Part shown: positions 22,663-44,016 of the stretch, one piece after another
Position numbering within the stretch: the first letter of the stretch is position 1
Layout: each line of letters opens with the position of its first letter
NCBI RefSeq assembly: GCF_009914755.1
Contig: NC_060931.1
Origin: the human T2T-CHM13v2.0 reference genome, Homo sapiens
Length of the DNA stretch: 64,000 bases
Direction: 5' to 3' (one strand)
Program-made: the position numbers and the translations under genes
Notes under the pieces: generated by a model
Told to the model about the DNA's origin: nothing
Databases searched by the model: none
The model's input: only the letters and a program-made list of their open reading frames with translations

Positions 22663-22778
22663 TTAAAAAAATAAAGAAACCAGACTTTCTTTCAAAATGA
22701 AAAACCAACCAAAAAACCCCATGAAAACAAAGAGATTCAATCTAACCTCAAGGGAGAAACAAGAGAAGATTTTTCTGA

Positions 22779-23060
<282 letters not shown>

Positions 23061-23289
23061 TGACTTGCTCCAGTACCACCGTTTGTGATGTTCTTTTTAG
23101 CTTGTGTTTTGATTATGAATCGTGAGTGTGGGTGTTCTTGTGCACATGAATGCGATAAGCAGGAGCCAGGGGTTTGTTTATGAGCTGCATTCAATTATTT
23201 GTTCTTCTCGTTTTCCCCAAGTATGAATCTATTCAGTGAAATTCCTCTCGGGGGTGGAAAGAGGGGGTGCACTTTACCAGAAGCTTTGA

Positions 23290-23433
<144 letters not shown>

Positions 23434-24032
23434 TAAGCCTCTACGCTACCATCTCACTTGCAATCTCGGAGCTGTCTCCAAAGAATGGCCTGGTTGATGC
23501 CACACTTTATTTTAGAGGAGCCCAGATCCTCAGAGATGCTGCCACTAACTCTAAGCATCTGTCTTTTAAAAAGGTCAAGGAGCTCTGCTTGGAGAGAGCA
23601 GAGACTATCAGAAAAGCGAAAATTTAGAAATCCTGTGGAGATAGTAACAGGGATTCTGTCAGCCAGAGAACAGGTAGCCCCTTACCTTCTCCATGTATGA
23701 TACTTGCCTTTCAAATAATGATCAGAAAAGAAATTGGCAGGCATCAGATGCCTTCTGATGTGTTACACTGAAAATAGCCCTTCTGTGGTATTCCTCCCAA
23801 AAATGTATAACCTGAATCTAATTGTGAGGAAACATTAGACCAATCCCAGTTAAGGGTAAAATCTACTAACTCTGAGTGAAGCATATATGAGAATTATTTA
23901 CACTAGTATTATAATTCTTAAGTTTGAAATGATTCTAAAATTAAAAGTTAAAACTTTTCTTATCTATAAAATGTGTGTAATCATACCTACCTCATAGGAT
24001 TGTGAGAGTTCAGTAAAATAATAATTAGCATA

Positions 24033-24337
<305 letters not shown>

Positions 24338-26418
24338 TTATACATTATATAACAAATACATAATTATATAAGGTACAGAGCTGCTGCCACATAATATATG
24401 CTCATTAAATAATAGCTGTTATTAAAATTGTCTCTTGCCATCCTCAGCAGGGTGGGAAATACCACTGTTCTTAAAAACTATTGCAGAGTCCAAGTGTCTG
24501 TAGCCTAGGGGAACCATCATCCTTCTGGTACACTAAGAGTTTAGGAACCTGAACATATTTTAATACAAATTGATACTGTTCAGATACTGAACAGTTCAGA
24601 TTATCCTGTTCAGATTATCCTGTAGACACGAATTGATCACTTACTATGCATTAGATACTGTGCTATGTGCTGAGAATGAATAAGATGAATATATAAATGA
24701 GATAAGGTCCTGCTTTTAGAAGCACACAGACAGATAACCACTGTGCAGCAAAGTAAGTGCTGTCATGGAGTTAAACGGCACATGCTTCTGTAGGAGCATA
24801 AAGGAGAAATTGCTTACTGAAGAGCAAGGGAGCAGGGTAGAAAGAGATGTCAGCAGAGCTGAGTCTTGACATTTGTATAGGTGTTTTCTTAGTTTGGAAG
24901 TATATTCCAGGTACTGGGAACATGTGTGTTGTCTCCAAGGAAGGAGATAGCATGGCAGATTTAAGAAGCTAGAAATATTTTAATGTAGTTGGCAGATGAA
25001 ATACATTTGGGGGAGTGGTACTATCTAAGGTAGGAGTCATGGGAGTCATATGTCAATATAATCACATATCACTGTAAGTATTTGGGTCTTACTCTTATCC
25101 TGTCTTATCCTTAAGAACAGGCAGTCTCACTGAAGTATTTTAAGGAAAGGAAGCGACATGATCCAAATTGCATTTAGGAAAATCACTCTGCCAAATGATT
25201 TAGAAAGATGTAAACCTAGAGGCAATGAGATTGGGCCAGGGGTTACTATAGTAATCTAGGCAAGAAGTAATAAGACCTAAACTTAAGCAAGGCCAGTATG
25301 TATTAGAGAAGAGTAGAGAGATGAAAGAGACGTTTATGGAATTAAAGAAAAAGAGTCACCCAGATTTGGTGACAACTTCAATTCAGGAGAGGCAGCAAGG
25401 ACATTCTTGTTTATATGGCTCATTCAGTTGGATGAACAGTGATGCTATTGATCAAGATAGAAAATATAGAAGAAGAAATAGATGAGATTATGGGTGCAGA
25501 GAAAATAATAAGTTTATTTTCAAACACAGTAAGTTTGAGATCCTTCTGGGACATTGATGAGGTGCTATCCAGTGGCTAATTTGATCCTTGGCTATGAAGC
25601 TTCAGAGAGATCTAAGCTAAAGTTACAAATGTAAAAATCAGCCATCTATCAGCAGTCATTTGCAGCCAAAGGAAGAGTATGGTTCTCTATACTGAAAGAA
25701 TAGAGAAAAGAATAAAGGCATAACCCTGCAGAGCACCAATATCCAAAGGTTGGCTGAAGTTGAGGAGAGGCAATTAAGAGAAGTAAGAGGAAAACCAGGA
25801 GAGATGTATCATGGAGTCCAAGGGGTATAGAGTTTTAAGAAGGCAAATAATGTTTAATGTAGTAGAAGAAATCAAATAATATAAGAGTCTAAGAAGTTGG
25901 GCATGGTGGTGTATGCCAATAGTCCTGGCTACTCAGGAGGCTGAGGCAGGAGGATTGCTTGAGGCCAAGAGTTAGAGGCTGTAGTGCACTATGATTATGC
26001 CTGTGACTAGCTACTGCACTCCAGCCTGGGCAGCATAGTGAGATCCCATCTCTAAAAAAAAAAAAACACACACAGTTAAGAGTCTAAGAAATCTTGGGTT
26101 TGGCCTTCGGGGGATCACTGATGATCTTGGAGAGAGCAGTTTCAATGGGGTAGTTGGTTAAATGGCTAAGTGGCACTTTCTACAGTTTCTAGAAATTTGG
26201 TCAGGGAATCTCATGGTAGCCCCTGGCTCCCTATTATCAGGAAGAAATAAGTTCCGTGATGCAAACGAACCTTTTATTTCTGTCTTGTATGAACTAAGGA
26301 AATTGTTTGGATTTTTCACTTCTAAGAATAGTTCAGCTATCTCAAGAAATGACAGCAACTTGATATTAGCTTTTGAAGTCCTGTGTTAAAAGGCTCCCCA
26401 GCTGCCTGTTTAGGTTAA

Positions 26419-26529
<111 letters not shown>

Positions 26530-26820
26530 TAAATGGGGTGGCACTTGGGAATGTTTTTATGGAGCAGGTGCAAGATGATTGGAAATATTCTGAAAAACCA
26601 AACTCTAAAAGCTAGAGAGAGATAGTAGCCCGCAAAGCCAGCCAGTCTTTCACATTCTTCCTAATTCTTTAGAGCTCCGACCAAAGGTATACGATTAGGT
26701 TATTCCTATGTAAAAATGTTTCTCTTCACCCTTGAAGACAACTGTTATATCTCCATTCATCCTAGGAGATAGCTAGAGATGAGATTCACTTATAAAGTTT
26801 TATTTGGGAAGCCAGATATT

Positions 26821-27518
26821 TTTTTTTTTCCAAAAATATATTTATTTTTAAAAACAGAAAATCAGATCAGTTTTATAGAGTCAAATTTTCAAGAGACAAA
26901 CCAGAGTTTGGATTCCAGCTTAGAGTGCAAGTGAAGCATCAGTAATCTCATGCAGAAGATTTGTCTCTGCAGGAGGTACATTCTGCTTGACTGCAAGCAC
27001 TCAATTCTCTAAATCTGGTTTGTACTTCTGCCATCATTTTATTCCATTCCAGCGCTCTGGCATGCAAGATAATCCATCTCTAAAATTCAAGACTTCCAAA
27101 TTGAGATGAACGATTATTGGGCTTGGGTTGGGGTTTATAACCAATCCGATCATTGATCATTTGTTCCCGGCTCTTGGGATCACTGCTAAGCCCAATGGCT
27201 CCTTCTCCATCACTGCCTCCTACAACTTCCACATCTTCCTTCTGTTTCTTACGGGTCTCCAGGTCCTTTCGAATGTTCTCAAACTCTTCAATGTCATCAA
27301 GCTTTAGCTCTAGGCGTGTTGGTTTCCGTCTCAGCATACTGAAGTCAACACTAAGGGCCAAACCCAGTGAACTATTAGCAATTCACAGGATTATCCTCAG
27401 CGTCCAAACAGATCTTAAATGTGTACGTCATTCATTAAACAAACACTTCTTGTGTTCCAGCTACAGAGTTAAAAGGTACAGTCATAATCTCTTTTCAAGC
27501 CGACCTAGCCCCTTCCCC
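26821..27518 (-). pseudogene. CDC26P1: Processed (retroposed) copy of CDC26 mRNA, antisense within an AHCYL2 intron
   Basis: Intronless; poly(A) remnant (T-run 26819-26829); AATAAA on - strand at 26841-26846; 15-bp TSD gggaagccagat(a/c)tt at 26806-26820 and 27519-27533. The P1 symbol is from recall of the locus. Confidence 0.9.
27080..27337 (-). CDS. CDC26: Intact 85-aa CDC26 (APC12) ORF within the retrocopy; expression unknown
   Basis: ATG at 27337-27335, TAG at 27082-27080; [20 protein letters not shown]...SSQFGSLEF matches human CDC26 as I recall it. Confidence 0.6.
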   Translation of the reverse strand: MLRRKPTRLELKLDDIEEFENIRKDLETRKKQKEDVEVVGGSDGEGAIGLSSDPKSREQMINDRIGYKPQPKPNNRSSQFGSLEF

Positions 27519-28039
27519 GGGAAGCCAGATCTTAAATGTACACTTGATTTTTTATTTTACCTCCAAAAGTGATGTATGTTTCTCTCTAGTATGTAATTAA
27601 GGCAAGGCTAGAGAGAAATTCTTCATAGTTAGAGAAAGTAGACGAGGTTATTCTGTTAATTCCCAAAGAGGTAGATTTTGAGTTTTAAAGAATATGCAGA
27701 AATGGCTAGTTTCCTCTAGGGTAAGATACTTATTTTTATGTGGAACCATAAACTACAGGAACACTGGTTTTCTAATTCTATTTTAGAGGGGGAAATCAGA
27801 CAGAATAAAAAAAAATTGTAGTTGTAGCCTCAGGAAGAAATAGGGGCAGAGAAGAGGGACCATAAGAAGCTGTTCTTGGTTCATATCAATCCCCTGGATC
27901 TCTTTTGTTGTTTTAAATAGAGATGAGGTCTCAGTCTCCAGGCTGGTCTCAAACTCCTGGCCTCAGCGTGGTTCTCCCACCTCTGCTTCCCAAAGTGATG
28001 GGATTATAGGTGTGAGCCACCCTGCCCAGCCTGGACCTT

Positions 28040-30530
<2,491 letters not shown>

Positions 30531-30560
30531 CTGCTGCTCAGACCTCTCTTCTGTTTTTAA

Positions 30561-30746
<186 letters not shown>

Positions 30747-31376
30747 TAAACATGACTATCCTGGCAGAGTTGTCCACATCTTTTCACTTACTAGCCCTAT
30801 AGCCTGTGTTTTTGGAGACTATAAAGTTTCTTCATCTCAATTTAATAATTCTAAATGATTGTCATCTTCTATTCAAGCTCGATGCCTGTTTACACCATAA
30901 GCCTTATCTGTATGTTTAGGATTGAGAGCAAGATAAACTCAAAACTACAATGAATGATAGAAACTCAGAGCTAAGTGATACAATGAATGTGAATCAGTAT
31001 GGTAGTCAGTATTTTGGGGGTGTTTGGTTTTACCATAAAGATGAGATAAGTAGGTTGGTCCAAGGAAATAAGGGAGAGAAATCTATGGGCTGGGATGATT
31101 ATGTTGCTTAGGATTGACTGTGTGTATCAAATACTGCGGTTTCTTCTTTTATCCCTCTCTTTTATTGGGCGAGGTCACCCCTCACATGTTTTCCAAACTG
31201 TAGTAATTGTGTCTGCAGGTGTCATAATCAATTCAGCACCATTGTGTAGTAGCATGTGTTCTTCAAACCTGGAAAATATATCACTTTGATTCTCTAATTT
31301 GGTTATATTCACCCTAAAATTTTCCAATCCAAAATAGCACTTGGTACTAATAAGTTGCCCAAGTAATAGTTAATAG

Positions 31377-31688
<312 letters not shown>

Positions 31689-32510
31689 AAGTGTTGTTTA
31701 TTTCTTTTCAGACTTACCAAAGTATCTCTCAGTGTGACTTTTACTCTGGTTTTAAATTTTTCTGGCATTTTTATGGCACGCTTGTATTTCTCTCTGGGTA
31801 ACTGGCTTAAGCAAAGTATGCTTTCATCTCCACTGAGGGCTGCTCTGATTGAGCTTCAGCATTGCCAGGTAAGGACCAGCTGATGTACTGAGAGCTTATT
31901 GGATAATATTTATTATATATGGTTTCCCTTTTAAATTCTGTGCTCTATTCTTCCATTATTAAAAATAGCTGGCAGAACAACCTACCAAAGCCCCTTTCTA
32001 CCCTGGGGTGTCTGAGTGGTATGGCCTTATTACTCTCTCTTACCATGATATTTTGCTTACAATGAACAATTTAGTTGGTAGTTGGTTCTTTAGTTTTCTT
32101 TTGCTTAAGTTTCATTTATGTGCTATACTGCCTCTTTGCTGAATGATCAAGGATATTAGTATTTCTAAAATGATCCAGCAAATGATTCTCATTTCCTGGA
32201 TGACTTTGCTTCTAGAGCCCCCAAAGGGGAAAGGCCTAAAGGGAAGTATTCATGTCATGCCCTGGGCCCTAATGGGAAATCTTCAGAGGAAGGGAAGGGG
32301 AAGGAATTTTCCTTCCTAAACCCTCAAGAAGCTCTGAAATAAAAATAATTCCAAATGCAGTGATGTACCTTTTGTATTTTTACTTTATCTCATTTCATCT
32401 TTTTGACGACTCCATGAGGCATTATTCTTATTCTTAATTTTCAGTTGGGAAACTAAGAAGTTAACTACCTTGTCAGGCATATAATTGATTCAAGATGAAA
32501 CTGGTGCACA

Positions 32511-34105
<1,595 letters not shown>

Positions 34106-35239
34106 ATTTTTTAAAAAAAGATGATATTTGAGGCAGACTGGAAGGAATTTGCCATGTGGATTTTTATGTAAACAGCATTTCAAGAAGAGAGAAAGGCCAG
34201 TACACATGCCCTCAGGCAGGAGTGTGCTTAGTCTGTTTGAGGAACAACAAGGAGGCCAGTGTGCTTGGAGGAGAATGAGCGTAGGACAAGGAAGAGTGGA
34301 AGATGAGGTCAGAGGGGTAACAGGCCAGATCTTAGAGGGCCTCATAGCCCATTGTAAGAACTCCTGATTATATCCTGAGAGAACTAGGGAGCTGTTGAGG
34401 GTTTATAATCTGACTTACGTTTTTAAAGGATGGCTTTTATTTTAAAAGAATTGCCCTGGTTGCTGTGTTGAGACTAGACCAAGTTTTGCAAGTATTGCCA
34501 GGTGGCCCCCATATCTACCAGTCACATGAGCCAAGGGCCATCTCTCACTTCTCTTTGTGTTCTTCTTGGCGGAAGATATATAGCTAAGCTAAATGGTCCA
34601 GAAAAGGAGATGCTCAGAGGAACTTTTGAAAAGTTAAATTATTCAACCTTTGGTGATAGTGTCACAGGGCATGTAAAATGAAATTCAAGGAAATATCAAA
34701 CTCAACTAGTAATTGAAACCGAATTTTTATTCAGTGTTTAGCAAATTTATATTGAATACCTGCTCTGTGCCAGATACCAATTTACTAAACAAATGACAGT
34801 GAACAATATCCCGTCTCTCAGGGAGCATATATTCTAATGTGGGAGACAAATAATAAAGAAATAGATTGTTATTGTTAGTGTTGAAGACAAATAGCAAGAT
34901 AAGGGTATTGGGGATTCCATTTTAGTTAGGGTAGTCAAGGAAGTCTCTTTGAGGAGATAACACTTTAAAAAACCTGAATGAAATAAAGGAGCAAGCCATC
35001 CGAGCATTCTGTTCAGAGAGAATGGCAGGTAAAAGACCCTGAGGGAGACACCTGCTTGATGTGTTTGAGGAAAAGAAAAGAAGTCACTGTAGCAGGAACA
35101 TTGGGCAAGGGGGTGAGGAGAAGAGTTAACTCAAGGAGGTATAGGCTATGTAGAGCTTTACAGGTCATGTTAAGGACTTTAGATTTTATTCTGAAAGAAG
35201 CCATTGGGAGGTTTTGAATAGATGAGTGACAAAATCTGA

Positions 35240-38355
<3,116 letters not shown>

Positions 38356-39669
38356 TTACTTAACCATTCCCTTATTTATTTACATTTTTCACTATTACAA
38401 ATAAGCCTGGATTGAACATTCTTGGGCACTTATATTTCTGAACTTGAGCAAGTGTTTTTATTGGATAGAGCCCTAAAAAAGTGAAACTGATTGGTCAAAG
38501 ATTAGGTACATATAAAATTTTGCTAGCTGCTGCCAAATTGTCCTCCAGAAAGGTTGAACCAATTTATGAAACTTGACATTTCAAGAAATTGTATGTGTTT
38601 CCCATCTACCTAATAAAGAAACGGTCCACACCATTAATATAGTTCTGAATGCACTGAAATATAATTGTATATGTCTTTCCCACTAGATTGGTACTTCCTT
38701 GGGGATAGGAATCATGAATTTCTAAACTTTAGCATCCCATTGTTTGCTTAAATAAACCTTGAAATACAAAAATGAAAAGAAAGTACTGTCTTTGTCCATA
38801 AGTGGCTCACAGCCCAGTAAAGGAATCCACAGTCTTATCTATATTCATGCTCTTTACTACAATGACTAGAATATGGTATGTACCCTGTAAATCATTATTG
38901 TATAACTAAAAGCGTTTCTTTTTATTTGTCTAAAAACTATTTGGCAGAACTTCTTAATTTTATCAAATGAGCCAATGGGTAGTTTTGGAATATGAACTCA
39001 CTTTCTATTTTAGGCATTGCCTGTTGGAAGAAAGAAGGTGTTGTCTTAAGTCTACACCCCGTGGCTGTTATTTGATTGCTGCTGTTAAAAAAACATAACC
39101 TTTTTTCTCATTTTCTCTGAATATACAATATACAGAAATGGAAGGAGGGTGAGCCATTGGGAGCTTTACTCTACCATTAAGCATTTCTTTAAAGGCTACC
39201 TCACATTTGCACTTAGGTCACAAAGCTTCTGTAACTAGGGTGAACCACCATCATTGAAAAGGTGGAACCTGGGACCTTCGGATATGAGGGCAGAACCTTG
39301 GGCCCCAGCATGCTATGTTTAGGACATTTGGCCTCTTACTAAACCCACTCAGCTATGTTCCTCCTTTTTTTCTTTGTTTCTTCAGCACTTATATATTCAG
39401 TTTGCACTGTATTAATTTGCACTTGTTTGCATGTTGCTTTGTAAGTATTTTAAGGGCATTTTTTTCCTCTCACATATATATTGTTTTGTGTCCCTGGCTA
39501 AAGTACAAGCTTTTTGAAGGCAGAAACCATGTCTTTGGTTTCTTTTGTATTTCCCATAGCACCTTTTACTGTGAGAGTGGGCACACAGTATATGTTGTGG
39601 AATGACATCCTGAGTGATCCCTCCCTGGCTGGGCCTCAGATTAAATTCCCTGAAATGGAACAGTCCTAA

Positions 39670-40149
<480 letters not shown>

Positions 40150-41174
40150 TAGATAATTATTACTATAGAAGGAATTCACAGATAGAACCAGTGCCACTTT
40201 GAGTGATGCATACAAAGAGATAATGTCACTTGTGGGATGTTTTAATCACTAAGCACAAAGTAGATATGCCCGACTGTAACCAGGACTATCTTAGGCAAGT
40301 TCTGGGAATGTATGTTTTTACTGATAGATTCCCTGTTTTTGAAGGTCCATTCCCTTGAATTGAGCCAGATGAGTAGTAGGTACCTACCTAGATATCAATT
40401 GCTCAATTGATATTTCCCCATCCTAGCTCCTAGCTCACATTGACACTATTGACTTTCATTTTATTGGCTTCCATGTCAGTGTTTGACCACTTTTCCTTTC
40501 TTAAAAGCTCCTCTTCCCTAGTCCTGGATTCCTGACAGCTATAATATTAGATGCCTTCTATTCTTACCTTGAAGCTTTCTCTTCTTCAGAGAAAGATACC
40601 AAAATATCAAGGAGGATAATAATACTTTTCTCAATTTTGATTTTCAGTTGGTTTTTTTTCTTTTTTTATATTAAAGAACCTGAATATGAAAATGTAAAAT
40701 ATACATTGTCTTTATCTAGGGGCCCATAAGTTAGGAGTTTTTAGTGTCCTTACTGTTTTCTTCACATTTTCCTCACTTTATCTCATCTTCTCAGATACTT
40801 CAGGGCATTTGTAAAGGGACTGAACTATTTCTTCACAAGGAAGGAGTATATATGAGGAGGAGATGGGCAGATTGCCAAATATGCATTAATAGCTTTGATG
40901 TCAGTCTGCTGACTGATGACTTGTTTCTAGCTGCCCTAGGAGGTCCCACCTGGTAATTTTGGTGACAAAAGCAAGTACCATGGGTGTTTTTGGCTAGATG
41001 GTTGAGCAAAAAGGTGGTCAGGCTTCATAGGAAACAAAATAGGAAAGGGTGGCATTGGGGGCAATTTCTAGTTCTTCTACTGTCTGAATCACCAACTCAA
41101 AATACAAGGCTGACAATGCTGTCTTTGAATTCAGGAGAAGCAAACTGAAGGAGAAGCACAAAAATCATCACAGC

Positions 41175-41403
<229 letters not shown>

Positions 41404-41844
41404 CACAGCTTCCTAAGTCCAAATATACCTCCCCTCACAACCTGGAGAGATTGTCCCTGGATTTGACTGATCATTGTTTATTTCAAGACAGTCTTTAAAA
41501 GAAATGCCGATCCTCAGAAGGAGGATATTTTGCTATAGAGAGTGGAAAATTCAAGAGAAGTACACTGATATTTGGCATAAGCCTCAGTGTCATATGACCA
41601 TCTGTATTCCTTTTTAAATAATTCCAGAAATCTTTTAGCTATTAGTTTCATCAGATTTTCCAGAATTTTAGTGGTTTCATTTAAATGTCAGTCAGTTAGT
41701 TCTTATATATTGAATAGCTGCTTTTTTTCCAGCAGTGTTAGTCAGGAAGTGTTTGGAAAATGGTGGTCATGCTTCTCTTCCCTCACTTCTCAAAGGCCAG
41801 CGACTTTGTCCTAATCCATTTGTGTCTTCACCTTTGATCACTAG

Positions 41845-41985
<141 letters not shown>

Positions 41986-42033
41986 TAGATTGCCATGAAT
42001 GGCACATCAGCATCCATCTCTCTGCTTTTCTAG

Positions 42034-42234
<201 letters not shown>

Positions 42235-43379
42235 TAGGAATTAGGATTCCTAGGTGCCATTCCCATTTATTTATCCCATTTTCTACATGTGTTGCCCTAG
42301 CGAAGTTGTGATATTATGCTGTGATTTATTTTACCTGCCTGTGAATTTTAAGGATTTTTTTTTTCTTAAAGTATCTTTATGTGGGAATCTCAAAGGAGAA
42401 AAAAAAAATCTTCCCTTAAAAGAGAAGAATCATCTCCTACCTTGTGACATCTGACTTACTCCAATTCTAGGCTGCCAAATAGCCCCTACCAAACTTTTCT
42501 CAGACGACACAAGACTTTCTTACTACACCTTCCAACACCAATCCCAGTGCTTCAGGCCAAAGGAGAGATGTGGAATAGGAGCTATTTAGTTATGTGGGTG
42601 TTTTGTGTAAGAGAAACATTAACCTGTCTTAAATTTTTAAAGAGCCTGCCTCAAGCACCTGAACTGATACAGTGTGTTTATAAACTCCTCAGGCAAAGAT
42701 CAGGTAATAAATAAGCTTCTGGTTTTGTTTTGCCTTAGCACTAGGTATATAACAACTGTTAAAAGTTGATACATTTTCCCTTTAGTAGACACTTTAGAAG
42801 GATATAAAAGCAACAGCACAGTCCATATTCTGACAGAATGTATAATGAAGTTGGGAGACCAAACAAATACATAGGAAATGACATAAGATTATGAATAAGT
42901 ACTGTGTAGTCAGATAATAGAATGTGAACAGAAACCCATAAGAATTAAGAGTACTAAAAGCAAAGCAAACAGTTCATTTATCCCATTTAGTATCCTTCTT
43001 AGTTTTTCCATTCAAGTTTCCCCAGGCATTAGTTGTTTTAAATGACCCAAACTATGGAGTCCAAGGCAAAACTCAAGTTGGAGCTTCCCATTATTTAGTT
43101 CCCACATTATCCTATTCCTTCTTTTAAATCTTAATGCCTGTTGTTTCTTTCATCTCTCCTGCACTTTTCTGGAAGGCAGGGTTCAAAGCTGAGTTAGTAA
43201 GGATGAATTATTAAGGCTTTGGAAAGCACTGGGCTTGAAGCTGAAGGCAGCTATTCCTTAGAATTGAGGACCAGTGAGCGAAGGTTGAACATTTTTCATT
43301 CAGCTCCAGGAATTAGAAGGTGTCTTTGAACTTTTTAAGGCCTAGCTTGGGGACAATAGCCATCAGATAAAAGGCATGA

Positions 43380-43643
<264 letters not shown>

Positions 43644-44009
43644 TGAACCCACTTCCCCTCACTGCCACCTTCAAAAGACTCTTCAAGGCCTTAAATAGTA
43701 TTCCCCTTCCTGAATTTGCCTTTTGGAGATAGAGAGGTGGAGTTTGGGTAAGTGGCTATTTGCCTCATTAAATAAAGTTCCCCTTCCTCAATTCCTTTCC
43801 CCATTTCATCTTGTTGCTATGATTTTTATCTCTTTATGGAGAAATATTGGCCTTTTTCAATGATGTGAAAAGGAAACACAGTTATTTCCTGTCACTGTAC
43901 ACTCCAGAAAAGTCTCTGCCTCCCTGTTACACCTTTAGGCAGGCTCTTCATGTCCCAGCATCCCCATTAGCTGATAACATCACAGTCTCATCTTTCTTTT
44001 TCCCTCCAG

Positions 44010-44016
44010 GTATTAA
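44010..44016 (+). CDS. AHCYL2: AHCYL2 last exon, coding part (G TAT TAA; completes R-Y-stop)
   Basis: Strong pyrimidine tract tctttctttttccctccag|; gives the family C-terminus ...YYRY*. Confidence 0.93.

Noticed and set aside
23075-23170. Possible C/D snoRNA (gtgatg C-box-like sequence)
   Set aside because: No properly placed terminal CTGA D box or closing stem, and no convincing match to a snoRNA I recall
24576-24623. ctgttcag-ata-ctgaacag hairpin with an adjacent 14-bp duplication
   Set aside because: An 8-bp stem and tiny duplication are within background expectation
27338-27361. 8-aa N-terminal extension (MALSVDFS) of the CDC26 ORF in the track
   Set aside because: It starts at TTG in the 5'UTR; the true ATG is at 27337
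27153-27572. 139-aa plus-strand ORF
   Set aside because: Antisense shadow of the CDC26 coding sequence; Ser-rich, with no independent support
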